A stretch of 64,000 nt of DNA, from NCBI GenBank assembly GCA_034520965.1, contig JAXHMY010000001.1, positions 832,001 through 896,000 of the forward strand. Reading direction: 5' to 3'. The position numbers and the translations under genes are program-made. The stretch comes from Spirochaetia bacterium. Its GTDB lineage: Bacteria; Spirochaetota; Spirochaetia; DSM-16054; Sediminispirochaetaceae. The notes under the pieces were generated by a model. That model made no database searches. It was not told where the DNA came from and saw nothing but the letters and a program-made list of their open reading frames with translations. Positions 20,347 to 29,938 of the stretch are shown piece after piece. Positions within the stretch are counted from its first letter, which is position 1; each line of letters starts with the position of its first letter.

Positions 20347-20482
20347 AGATAACGTCCCGCAAGTACCCGAAGTTGTCCGACCACTTGCTCCGCAAGTGGC
20401 TTGCCATAAAATCTGAGATTTTATGGTCGGGCAATTTGGGCGGAGGCGCTTGTCGCCGGAGCCGGGGTACTCGCTGTTATGC
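20347..20482 (-). repeat. Long attC-like site with two extra internal hairpins
   Basis: AGATAAC...CCACTTGC/GCAAGTGG and CCATAAAATC/GATTTTATGG...GTTATGC. Confidence 0.88.
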
Positions 20483-20731
20483 GATGAATTGTGAAGCGTC
20501 AACAGAACTTTCTTTATAAAGAATTTCGGGATCTAAATCTGCTCCATTTGGCCATTCAATTGTATCGAATTTTACTGATACTGCATTAAATATTGAAACA
20601 TCCCGTAATTCCGAAAAGATCCCGAAATCAAGATAGGGGGAAACATCAAAATACCGTTTCTCATCATTCTCAAAGATAAGTAACAATTTGTAATCTGAAA
20701 GAGTTTTTACATCTTTAACACCCAAATACAT
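20477..20731 (-). CDS. DUF2442-domain protein (orphan copy)
   Basis: Near-identical to 28643-28897; IEWPNGADLDPE. Confidence 0.85.
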   Translation of the reverse strand: MYLGVKDVKTLSDYKLLLIFENDEKRYFDVSPYLDFGIFSELRDVSIFNAVSVKFDTIEWPNGADLDPEILYKESSVDASQFIA

Positions 20732-20771
20732 AAAATCCTCCTTCTTTATTTTTTCTACCTTCACCTGACAA

Positions 20772-21587
20772 TTATTGTTTATTTAGGGTTTTCATGTTTT
20801 TCAACAAGAGTATACTGGAAATTAAACAGCCTGCAGCAATCGGAACCCATAGTGTTAATTCTATGATACTTTCTGACGCACCGGTTTTAAAACCCCAAAA
20901 AGTGGTAGCAGATAATGCAGACAAATAAACAAAACTCTTAACATTCCATATCACAGCCACCACATAACCCCATTGCTGGCGTTTCCAAAGCCAGAAAGCT
21001 CCCAAAAGACCAAGTGAAACAGTTAAAGATAAATCCAATGCTGATATTATGTTGGTACTCTTATCCAGGAGAATGAGAAATTCTGGAATTTGCCCGGTAA
21101 AAACATATTTTAGTGATAAAGATACATGAAAAGCACCTAACAAAACGGATACAATTATCATGTATCCGCTTATTATTTTCGTAGGGGTTTTGGAGCTAAA
21201 CTGATCTGTAACAACTTTTAAATTAAGCGAGGATACTCCAAAAATAAGAGTGTAAATTGAAAGAGTGAATAGTGCAACATAAATCAAAAACAGGCTGTTA
21301 AACGCTGCACCAAACAGATAAAAAGCATAGTTATAGAGAGTGTAAAAGAACATACCTAACAAGACCAACTGCGCTCGTTGTGACCCCCTTTTTGAAAGCA
21401 TCAATGATATGGCTAACATAGGTACAGCTAAAAAAAGCGTTACAAAATCATTCCCATACCATCCGGAAGTAACTAAAAAGTTGTCTTGGTAAAGGTCTTT
21501 GATAAAAATACCTCCCATAGATGCTATGGTTGAGAGAATAATGATTATTACAGACAGTCTAATTGATGTTTTTCGAGTTTTAGTCAT
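20772..21587 (-). CDS. Multi-pass membrane protein of unknown function
   Basis: About 8 hydrophobic segments, RBS GGAGG. Confidence 0.8.
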   Translation of the reverse strand: MTKTRKTSIRLSVIIIILSTIASMGGIFIKDLYQDNFLVTSGWYGNDFVTLFLAVPMLAISLMLSKRGSQRAQLVLLGMFFYTLYNYAFYLFGAAFNSLFLIYVALFTLSIYTLIFGVSSLNLKVVTDQFSSKTPTKIISGYMIIVSVLLGAFHVSLSLKYVFTGQIPEFLILLDKSTNIISALDLSLTVSLGLLGAFWLWKRQQWGYVVAVIWNVKSFVYLSALSATTFWGFKTGASESIIELTLWVPIAAGCLISSILLLKNMKTLNKQ

Positions 21588-21597
21588 AAAGATCCTC

Positions 21598-22365
21598 CTA
21601 TGTATTTAGATGAATAATATATACAGAAAATAGACCAAAAATATTTACTATTGAGTGTATAATCATTGGATAATATATACTTTTCGTTTTCTGAAATACT
21701 ATTGCATAAATTAATCCGAAGCCAAGAGTTGTAACTAATAGCAAGAAATCAATATTTGTTATTGCTATTGTTGGGTAGATGGTATAGTGGATGTGAGCCA
21801 ACGAAAATATTATTGCCGCAATTATACCTGCTTTTGTTATTTCAAATCCAAAAATGTCAGTTTTTTGGCTAAATCCTGCAATAAGTAGTAATTTAATCGG
21901 GAATGCTCTAAATAATAATTCTTCTGAAGGACCAGAAAATAGTCTAAATATAAATTCACCAAATAAGTTTCTATTATTTGTCACATCATAGTACACTTGA
22001 GAAATCATTCCCTTGAAAATACCTAAGTATATTATAAGTATATTGATTAAAAGCCAACCAACTGAAATCCACAAAACACTTTTTATACCTTTCTTTTTAT
22101 TGCCTATCTGAAACCCCCAATCTCTCAGAGGAATCTTTTTGCACAAAACTAAAATAATTACAAGTGGAATCAGAGCTTGCACTAAATGATGTATCATTGG
22201 ATAAACAAAAATTCTGTCTGATTCAATAACTGAAAAAAAAGAAGCAAAATTGTTGGCAACAATTTTCCCTAATTGTGGAGAAAGAATCAAAACAATGATA
22301 ACAAATACTAATAGAGACGCTTTTTTTAACGAGTTTATTTCTTTAACAATATTTTTTCCCTGCAT
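21598..22365 (-). CDS. CPBP (CAAX protease/Abi) intramembrane metalloprotease
   Basis: EELLFR, FSLAH, HSIVN motifs. Confidence 0.88.
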   Translation of the reverse strand: MQGKNIVKEINSLKKASLLVFVIIVLILSPQLGKIVANNFASFFSVIESDRIFVYPMIHHLVQALIPLVIILVLCKKIPLRDWGFQIGNKKKGIKSVLWISVGWLLINILIIYLGIFKGMISQVYYDVTNNRNLFGEFIFRLFSGPSEELLFRAFPIKLLLIAGFSQKTDIFGFEITKAGIIAAIIFSLAHIHYTIYPTIAITNIDFLLLVTTLGFGLIYAIVFQKTKSIYYPMIIHSIVNIFGLFSVYIIHLNT

Positions 22366-22399
22366 TTTTTCTTCCCATATATTTCTTGGTCTTTATTTC

Positions 22400-22493
22400 G
22401 CCTAACGTCCCGCAAGTACTCGAAGTTGGCGACCAGCGGAAGCCAATTTGGGCGGAGGCGCTTGTCGCCGCAGCCGGGTACTCGTTGTTATAC
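22400..22493 (-). repeat. attC-like site
   Basis: GCCTAAC...family body...GTTATAC. Confidence 0.9.
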
Positions 22494-22506
22494 GACGTTA
22501 ATTCTG

Positions 22507-23313
22507 TTATTGGTCGTCTATTTCATAAGATTCCTCCAAGAAATTAAGTACTAATTCATTAAATCTTACTGGATTAACCAGATTTGAAGGATCCATTGAA
22601 TCCTCAATCACAAGTAACTCTATTTTTAATGCATCAGAAATCTTCCTATTAATATCTATAAAGGACTTTCCAAATTGATTTCCAACCATCACCAAACTTG
22701 GTTTATCTATTTCTTTCAATAGAATTAGTAAATCGACCTTATTAATTGCTTTTCTCGCTATTATCATTTGGTCTAAATCCACAGTCAAACTTATTTCTTG
22801 AAAATAGGATTTTGCTTCTTGTGCATAATCTGCTTTATACGTTGAAGCCATACCTTTAGCTAACATCTTTTTTCCTAAGACTTTGAATATTCTAAATCCT
22901 AAAATTTGTGAGTATCCCAACATTCTTTCTTTAAATGATTTTAGTTCACCAAAACTATCTGATATTACCAAATTTGCCAGTTTGTTAGGATAGGTAATAG
23001 CAAAATGTTGTGCAATTACACCACCCATACTCACACCAATCAATGTAGCCTTTTCTATAGATAAATACTCCATTAATTCGGTAATCTGATTTGACCAATC
23101 GTATAAGGATAAATCCTTCATCTTGGATGATTTTCCATGTGTTAGTAAATCCAAAGCAATAACATGATATCCGTTTTCACTAAATATCTTTCTCTGATGT
23201 TTCCACATATTAGTATCTGCACCAATACCATGCAATAGAACCAATGTTGAATTTTGAGGATTACCATATGTTTCATAATAGGTTACCAAATTATTCTTAT
23301 GTCTAAATTCCAT
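22507..23313 (-). CDS. Alpha/beta-fold hydrolase
   Basis: VLLHG, HGKS, GVSMGG nucleophile elbow. Confidence 0.88.
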   Translation of the reverse strand: MEFRHKNNLVTYYETYGNPQNSTLVLLHGIGADTNMWKHQRKIFSENGYHVIALDLLTHGKSSKMKDLSLYDWSNQITELMEYLSIEKATLIGVSMGGVIAQHFAITYPNKLANLVISDSFGELKSFKERMLGYSQILGFRIFKVLGKKMLAKGMASTYKADYAQEAKSYFQEISLTVDLDQMIIARKAINKVDLLILLKEIDKPSLVMVGNQFGKSFIDINRKISDALKIELLVIEDSMDPSNLVNPVRFNELVLNFLEESYEIDDQ

Positions 23314-23353
23314 AGTACACCTTCTTTTATAAATCTATAACAGAATAAATATC

Positions 23354-23447
23354 GTATAACGTTCCGCGAGTACCCGAAGTTGGCGACCAAGGGGAGTCAA
23401 TTTGGGCGGAGGCGCTTGTCGCTGTAGCCGGGTACTCGCTGTTATGG
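23354..23447 (-). repeat. attC-like site
   Basis: GTATAAC...family body...GTTATGG. Confidence 0.9.
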
Positions 23448-23460
23448 GAAGTTTCTGCTT

Positions 23461-23868
23461 TCACCGGAATGAGTGCTTTGATATGTATTCTAATGCTGCA
23501 TGTGTCAAGAATCCTGATCTGGTTTCTCCTTCTAAGTTTGCAAAATTGTCTATCTTTGAAAGTAGTTTCTCTGTAATTGTGATATTGATACGCTTTACAT
23601 TCTCAGAAAGTTTATTCATATCAATTTCGCAGAGCATCCATATATAATTCGGATTATTAAAGGTCGTTTTCAATTCTTCTACACGGGAAGGTGGTGGTAC
23701 AATTTCCTCATCCATCAGTAATCCTTCAATATGTGTAAGTATTGCCTCTTCTGCATTTAAAATTGCTTCATCAACTGTTGCACCTGCGGAAAAACAACCC
23801 TGGAGATCTGGGACAGTGACACCATAGTCTGAAGTTTGCTCTTTTTCTATAAAAATTGGGTATCTCAT
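23461..23868 (-). CDS. hicB: HicB antitoxin (RHH C-terminus)
   Basis: YGVTVPDLQGCFSAG, RINIT, TRSGFL. Confidence 0.9.
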   Translation of the reverse strand: MRYPIFIEKEQTSDYGVTVPDLQGCFSAGATVDEAILNAEEAILTHIEGLLMDEEIVPPPSRVEELKTTFNNPNYIWMLCEIDMNKLSENVKRINITITEKLLSKIDNFANLEGETRSGFLTHAALEYISKHSFR

Positions 23869-24062
23869 ATGTACTCCCTCCAATCAATACCAGCTTGTCT
23901 AAAAATACTCTTTGTAGTACCAATTGGTAGGTCTGATTTTGGATGCGGAACAGTAACTTTTCCGGTTTTGGTATTGTGCTTAAACTGATAATGAGAACCA
24001 CGAATATTATGTACAAACCATCCATCCTTCTTTAGGATTTTGATTATTTCTGAGCTTCTCAT
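23865..24062 (-). CDS. hicA: HicA toxin
   Basis: GW...GSHYQFKH...VTVPHP...PIGT. Confidence 0.9.
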   Translation of the reverse strand: MRSSEIIKILKKDGWFVHNIRGSHYQFKHNTKTGKVTVPHPKSDLPIGTTKSIFRQAGIDWREYI

Positions 24063-24107
24063 GTCTAATAATACACACGATGTGTATAAATGTCAATTGA
24101 TTTAGCA

Positions 24108-25804
24108 AAGCAATTCGAAATGTGAGAAAGCATCGAGAGGGAAGTAACTCTAATATCTCTAACTAGACATTTTATCCTTACTATAGTATAGTGTCCGTAT
24201 GGGAGGGGCCGGATACAGCTTTGCTGTACTGTTACAATTTTTAGAGGACTCAATTACGACATTCCCGGATGTACGCAAAGGGAAGAACACCGTATATGAA
24301 GTACGCGATGCGGTACTATCGGCCTTTTCGATGTTCTTCATGCAATGCCCCTCCTTCCTTGCTCATCAGAGAGCGATGGGCATGAGGAAAGGGAAGAACA
24401 ATGCCGAAAGCATATTCGGTGTTCACAAGATTCCAACTGACACCCATATTCGAAATCTGCTCGATCCAATACCGCCGGAGCTACTATTCCCGGTCTTTGA
24501 CAAGGTCTATGAGTTTCTCCTCACTGAAGGGGTTATCAAGGAGATGATTACCCACGATAATTTACTGTTGATTGCCCTTGATGGGACCTGGTTTTTTTCC
24601 TCCGAGCAGCTCTTCTGTCCCTCCTGCCAAACCAAAACACATAAAAGTGGAAGCGTAACCCATTACCACAGTGCCATTACCCCGGTCATTGTCAGACCAG
24701 GGGTAAACTATGTGGTCGGTCTTCCCTCGGAATATATTACCGTCAATGATGGTGCTACGAAACAGGACTGTGAAAACAAGGCGGTGAAACGGTGGATAGA
24801 GACAATTGGGAGAAAGTACCTGTCGGAACAGCACACTGTTGTACTGTTAGGCGATGATCTGTACAGCAGGCAGCCGGTATGTGAGCACACCATGGCCTCC
24901 GGCTGCAGCTTTATCTATGTATGTAAAACAGCATCACACAAGTATTTATACGAGTGGATCGATGAGTTCACCGCCGAGGATCTGCACGAAAGTTACAAAC
25001 GCATATGGGATGGCAAGAGGCGGCTGACCTATCGCTACCGGTACCGCAACGATGTCCCTCTCAAAGACGGTGATGAGTCGCTGAAGGTAAACTGGATGGA
25101 ACTAACCATCCTGAGCGAAGAGGGGCAGCTGATTAAGCACTTCTCCTTTGTTACCGACATTCCCGTAACTGATACAAATATCGAGGATATGATCTCTTAC
25201 GGTTGAAGCCGGTGGAAGATAGAAAACGGAAACAACAACATTCTCAAGACAAAGGGCTACCATCTGGAACATAACTTTGGCCATGGGGATAAGCATTTAT
25301 CGAACTTCCTGATGACCTTGAACCTTCTTTCCTTCCTCTTTCATACCACTGCCGGGTTGTTCGACAGACGATATATACTACTTCGCAAAACCCTGCCGAG
25401 CCGTCAGACATTCTTTCATGATGCTCAGGCGTTAACCAAATATTTCTTCTATGAAAGTTGGGAGCATCTTCTCAAAACGATGATCATTGGCCTGGAACTC
25501 GAAGACCCGGGCGGATGACCGGTCAACCAAATCCACGCTCTTTTTTGATGTAGAAAGCTCTCCTCACCATCATTCACTCTCAATCTCTCCTCTTTCTACC
25601 TAAAGCTGAGCTCACTGAATTATTTCCCTGAATATGAACTGAACAGAGTTTTAAAGATGATGGAATGTGAGCTTTTCACCATTCACACACTGTGTGAGCT
25701 CTTCAATTTTGGTGCAGGGATTAGCCTCTCCCAACCGCTGTAAAGAAATAAGCCTAGCTGTATCACAGCCTTTACCCGAAATTATGTCACTTTTCGCATT
25801 GCTG
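24108..25804 (+). mobile_element. IS element (ISNCY/IS4-superfamily-like)
   Basis: 9-bp target duplication GATTTAGCA (24099-24107, 25805-25813); imperfect terminal IRs AGCAATTCGAAATGTGA / AGCAATGCGAAAAGTGA. Confidence 0.88.
24199..25518 (+). pseudogene. DDE transposase with in-frame TGA at 25204
   Basis: IALDGT, KQDCE, LGDDLY, G*SRWKIEN; frame continues to 25518. Confidence 0.85.
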
Positions 25805-25821
25805 GATTTAGCAGAAATTTC

Positions 25822-25915
25822 CGATAACGTCCCGCGAGTACCCGAAGTTGGCGACAGACGGGAGCCAATTTGGGCGAAGGCGCTTGTCGCCGCAGCCGGG
25901 TACTTGCTGTTATGT
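25822..25915 (-). repeat. attC-like site
   Basis: CGATAAC...family body...GTTATGT. Confidence 0.9.
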
Positions 25916-25935
25916 GAAGAAGCCTTTTCCTCTAA

Positions 25936-26349
25936 TCATTTTAGAACTATTTCTAATTCTTTATTGAATATTTTGGCTATTTTCTCCAGAGTTTTAACAG
26001 TAGGATTGCATCTTCTTGGATTTTCCAGTCTTTGATATGATTGATAAGAGATACCAAGTTCTTTAGCTAATTCTATTTGACTTTTTTTATCTCTTATTTT
26101 TCTTAGTCGAAGTGCTACTTCAATATGTGGTTTGATATAGATCCGGTGATAGTTTTTGCCTTTATATTCTTGTGGATCCTTTATTTCAAAACCTCTTTCA
26201 AAATCAGATTCGATGCTTCCATTCAATGCTTCTTCAGCATTTTTAATTGCTTCTTCCACGGTTCTTCCATAAGTGTTTATATGTTGAAACTGTGGAAAAG
26301 AAACAATAAAATCATCGTCTTCTTTATCAATCAATGCATAGTAATACAT
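25936..26349 (-). CDS. hicB: HicB antitoxin with C-terminal XRE HTH
   Basis: FIVSFP...TYGRTVEEAI; SQIELAKELGISYQSYQRLE. Confidence 0.88.
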   Translation of the reverse strand: MYYYALIDKEDDDFIVSFPQFQHINTYGRTVEEAIKNAEEALNGSIESDFERGFEIKDPQEYKGKNYHRIYIKPHIEVALRLRKIRDKKSQIELAKELGISYQSYQRLENPRRCNPTVKTLEKIAKIFNKELEIVLK

Positions 26350-26406
26350 ATTAGCTCCTATAAAAAGTCAATCACAAGCTTTCCAGAAAGCTCATAATTT
26401 AGCCGG

Positions 26407-27524
26407 CTATCCGGCCTTTGCGGCATCACATGCTGCCGCCTGCATTTTCAAATACTTTTGAGAGTGCTCCATCCTTAGTGGATCGAAGGACTCTCTGTTT
26501 TTTAGCATCATGTAGATAACCGGTACTCAATTTCCGTGCTGTAGCTATTATGCTCTTCCCGCTACCTTTGTGTTTCTTCATATACTCATAGCGGGTCATA
26601 ACTCTGTACCCGCCGGTTTGTTCTTTTATTTCTGACCATTCCCAATACGCATTGCACCATTGCCGTTCTTATTTCCCTTCGGTCCCCGTTTGGTTATATG
26701 CCCGTGATGGGATCATCTCGTTCTGAGTTCTGTACCCACGGTGCCAGGCCCATATGAGCAGCGAACTTCTTCGGGCTCTCATAACGGTCAATATCATCAA
26801 TAAAAGCCCTCAGTGTAGCAGCAGTTATCAACCCAACTCCGGGAATCGTCTGCAACAACTCTACATCTTTGTCCTCAGCAACCATGCTCTCAAGCACCTT
26901 CTCCAGCTTCTTGACCTGTGCACTAAACTGGTCTAAAGTATCGAAGAGCGGCTTGACCGCTTCGGCAGCGCTTCCGTAAACCTTATGGTCCACGAGACCG
27001 GAAAGGATGCGCTGCCTCTCTTTTTTACTCTGCAGCTGTCCTCTCTTCGTCTCGATCCCATAGCCGAGCAGCATACCGTGAATCTGGTTCTTTATTCCAA
27101 CCAACGCTTTCACCGCTATCGACCTCGTTTTCAATACTCTTCGGATATCCTCACTCGTTTGACTGCACAGCCTCGATTCAGGAAGCATATCCTTCTCCAA
27201 AAACTCCGCAAGTGTTCGTGCATCGTGCTTGTCCGTCTTCTTGACCGACTCGTTGACCACCTTGAACTTCAAGGTGTTTACCACCGTCACTTCAATTCCG
27301 GCACTCAGCAGCCGGTTGCGGAAATAACGGGCGTTACCGGTTGACTCAACCGCCGCATGCACCTCATACCCTGCCTCTACGTACTCGCTACATTTACTGA
27401 GGAACTCTTCATATCCGATTTCTTTTGTCGGATAGATTCCCGTTTCCACTGCTTTCCGGTTTTCCGCCAGAAAACAGACAGTGAATTGGCTCTTGTGCAG
27501 ATCCACTCCAATACTCATCTTCAT
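26407..27524 (-). pseudogene. IS110 DEDD recombinase, several frameshifts in the 3' third
   Basis: IGVDLHK, VESTG, KTDKHDA, TIPGVG, GLAP, ITKRGP, ATARKL motifs. Confidence 0.88.
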
Positions 27525-27741
27525 CGCTTCTCTCCTGTTCTGTTCAAAACAGCTCCGGTTTGGTGAATTGATTCCATTCTCCTATTCGGTCTCGTAGACC
27601 ATTGAATGCTTCGGTTACGGCTCTTCATTCTCCTCTGACGGTTGTAGACCAATAAAAATGCCGAACAGTAACCTGCTGTCTCAAACTAAGTTTGCGACAG
27701 TATATCAATCCACAAAGCTTATGAAGACCTTTTTATCATTC
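27525..27741 (-). ncRNA. Candidate IS110 bridge RNA
   Basis: About 215-nt non-coding end with a 5' hairpin and 7-nt matches to the target flank (AGAGGAG) and the donor flank (ATAGGAG). Confidence 0.55.
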
Positions 27742-27926
27742 CTCCTCTCTATTCCGGCTTGTTTGAGAATTCTCTTTGCTAATCCGATTGGAATCTCTTT
27801 CTTCCCGTGAACTGGTATAGGTATAGATCTTCTCCCTTCCTTGATCATTATATGATGGCTACCAGATATTCTATCTAATACCCAGCCATGGTCTTTTAAT
27901 AATTTTATTAAATCTTTTCCTGTCAT
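27705..27926 (-). CDS. hicA: HicA toxin (C-terminus extended into the IS110)
   Basis: GWVLDRISGSHHIM...PVHGKKEIPIG. Confidence 0.88.
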   Translation of the reverse strand: MTGKDLIKLLKDHGWVLDRISGSHHIMIKEGRRSIPIPVHGKKEIPIGLAKRILKQAGIERRNDKKVFISFVD

Positions 27927-28044
27927 TTTAGATAATTATACAACCTTTATGTTGTATAGTCAATTTTATTAATTTTCTTTTCGAAGGTTTTTTGCGGTAG
28001 TAACCAATTTCCTAATCAAAACTCATATTCTTTAAGGCTTTTTC

Positions 28045-28127
28045 ACATAACGGGGCGGCGGGTATCCGCAGTGGCCAGGTAAAGCCGGAGGCTTGTACGG
28101 GCCATTGAGGATACCCGCCAGTTGTCT
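28045..28127 (-). repeat. attC-like site (variant stem)
   Basis: ACATAAC-GGGGC-GGCGGGTATCC...GGATACCCGCC-A-GTTGTCT. Confidence 0.85.
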
Positions 28128-28208
28128 GAAGTTGCGGAGCAACGGAAGACAGCTGGCGGGCTTGCCCGCCGCTCCGTTCTACAAAAGTGCGAAGCAATTT
28201 TGGACAAC
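28121..28208. other. ORF-less structured mini-cassette
   Basis: 88 bp between two repeats; ends GTTGTC/GACAAC complementary; internal GGCGGGC/GCCCGCC hairpin. Confidence 0.7.
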
Positions 28209-28289
28209 GTTCCGCGAATAGACGAAGTTGGCGACCAACGGGAGCCAATTTGGGCAGAGCGAAGCGTAGCCGGGTACTCGCTGTTATAT
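28202..28289 (-). repeat. attC-like site
   Basis: GGACAAC...family body...GTTATAT. Confidence 0.88.
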
Positions 28290-28513
28290 GACGTTTCGGG
28301 GGCGTTCTTAGACATACTATTTTACTTTGTCTCTGGGAAAAATTGATTTTTATTTCCACAGTTTAGACATACCCCCCTATGAACACATAACAGATTACCA
28401 CACCACCTGGATCAATTAGCATCTTTTTATTCTTAGATTTAATTAAAAATGTATTGTATCCAAAAAATGTTATTTCCATTCTTCACTCTTGCCATATATT
28501 TGGGGGCAATTGC
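28290..28513 (-). pseudogene. Chimeric cassette: 5' stub of an MBL-fold-like gene fused to the 3' end of the DUF3795 cassette
   Basis: MEITFFGYNTFLIKSKNKKMLIDPGG from 28479; 28283-28402 identical to 32292-32411. Confidence 0.75.
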
Positions 28514-28648
28514 ACATAACGTCCCGCAAGTACCCGAAGTTGTCCGACCACTTGCTCCGCAAGTGGCTTGCCATAAAATCTGAGATTTTATGGTCGGGCA
28601 ATTTGGGCGGAGGCGCTTGTCGCCGGAGCCGGGTACTCGCTGTTATGC
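28514..28648 (-). repeat. Long attC-like site (copy of 20347-20482)
   Basis: Same two internal hairpins. Confidence 0.88.
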
Positions 28649-28897
28649 GATGAATTGTGAAGCGTCAACAGAACTTTCTTTATAAAGAATTTCGGGATCT
28701 AAATCTGCTCCGTTTGGCCATTCAATTGTATCGAATTTTACTGATACTGCATTAAATATTGAAACATCCCGTAATTCCGAAAAGATACCGAAATCAAGAT
28801 AGGGGGAAACATCAAAATACCGTTTCTCATCATTCTTAAAGATAAGTAACAATTTGTAATCTGAAAGAGGTTTTACATCTTTAACACCCAAATACAT
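28643..28897 (-). CDS. DUF2442-domain protein (putative antitoxin)
   Basis: VKDVKPLSDYKLLLIF...IEWPNGADLDPE. Confidence 0.85.
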   Translation of the reverse strand: MYLGVKDVKPLSDYKLLLIFKNDEKRYFDVSPYLDFGIFSELRDVSIFNAVSVKFDTIEWPNGADLDPEILYKESSVDASQFIA

Positions 28898-28907
28898 AAA
28901 ATCCTCC

Positions 28908-29174
28908 TTATTGTAATGGATCAATTTTGTAGGGTGATTCACCATTTTGGGCTAATTGCCAATCAGCAAGTAGTTCATCTTTATGTAATTCTGCCCAAGC
29001 TTCTATAAGCTTTATTTGTCGTTTCGGTAGATTGCCTTCAGTCATTTCGCAAATGTTAATATCAAAGATTCCTTTGAAATCCTGATAATATGCATGGAAG
29101 TGAGGAGGGTTATGCTCCTTCTTTCCCAGCTACATTCTAATGACAATTCCAAAAAACATTGAAATAGTAGGCAT
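28908..29174 (-). pseudogene. DUF4160-domain protein with one in-frame TAG
   Basis: MPTISMFFGIVIRM*LGKKEHNPPHFHA...WAELHKDELLADW...IDPLQ. Confidence 0.8.
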
Positions 29175-29229
29175 AGCCTATATTATATCATCTCCTTCCA
29201 TTATAGTCTATTTTGCTTCACAATTTGTC

Positions 29230-29323
29230 GCATAACGTCCCCGGGGTATAAGACGTTTGCCCGCAGGGCAAATGTGCTAAAGGCCAAAGAGCGGAGCGAC
29301 GCCGCATATACCCCATGTTAGAC
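29230..29323 (-). repeat. attC-like site (variant stem, related to 13447)
   Basis: GCATAAC...GGGGTATA/TATACCCC...GTTAGAC. Confidence 0.85.
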
Positions 29324-29372
29324 GATGTCACGAACCTTCTTCAAAGCCAAGCAACATGGATGTTGTTTGGCT

Positions 29373-29696
29373 TTATTCTATTAACATTTCTTGCAGCACA
29401 CTTTTGACGAGTTCAATTTCTTTTTTATTTATTTTCCCAATTTTCTTAATCAATCTTTTCCTATCAACCGTCCTCAATTGATCTAAGACTATCCATCCAT
29501 TTTTTTTTTCAAATTGAAGAGGAACACGTGTTGGATATTTATATGATTTCGTTGTCATCGGGGCTATTATGATTGTCTGGATTGATTCATTCATCTCATT
29601 TGGAGAGATTACCAAGCAGGGGCTTGTCTTTTTTATTTCATGGCCAACAGTTGGATCTAAGTTAATTAAATACACTTCATATTGTTGTATTACCAT
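29373..29696 (-). CDS. mazF: PemK/MazF-family toxin
   Basis: LDPTVGHEIKKTSPCLVISP, APMTT, LDQLRTVDRKRL. Confidence 0.9.
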   Translation of the reverse strand: MVIQQYEVYLINLDPTVGHEIKKTSPCLVISPNEMNESIQTIIIAPMTTKSYKYPTRVPLQFEKKNGWIVLDQLRTVDRKRLIKKIGKINKKEIELVKSVLQEMLIE

Positions 29697-29938
29697 TCCC
29701 ATTCAAAATCGTCCTGCTCATTTAGATTGTCCAGAAATAATGAATCATCACCATTCTTGTGCATCTTCATAAACTCTTCGGGCCATCCTTCTCTTGGCTT
29801 TTTCTTTATTGGTCGAATCAGAATTTCCGTATTATGCACTTCCAACTCTACTTTCTCTTCAATGTTTAATTGTTGTAAAATACTCTTTGGAATCCTAATT
29901 CCTTTTGAATTGCCTATAGGAACCACTGAAACTAACAT
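29690..29938 (-). CDS. mazE: AbrB/MazE-family antitoxin
   Basis: IGNSKGIRIPK, PREGW. Confidence 0.88.
   Translation of the reverse strand: MLVSVVPIGNSKGIRIPKSILQQLNIEEKVELEVHNTEILIRPIKKKPREGWPEEFMKMHKNGDDSLFLDNLNEQDDFEWEW

Larger units (their letters stand above)
26360..27741 (-). mobile_element. IS110-family element inserted between hicA and hicB
   Basis: AGGAG repeated at both flanks; subterminal IRs ATAAAAAG(G)TC; removal restores hicA stop and hicB RBS. Confidence 0.85.

Noticed and set aside
17069..28359. Small ORFs spanning the repeats (for example 17069-17275, 19460-19648, 28012-28359)
   Set aside because: They are translations of attC-like sequence with no RBS or family motif.
18508..29174. 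Stop-codon recoding (TAG/TGA read-through)
   Set aside because: TAG and TGA terminate many intact genes in this window; the internal stops are sporadic.
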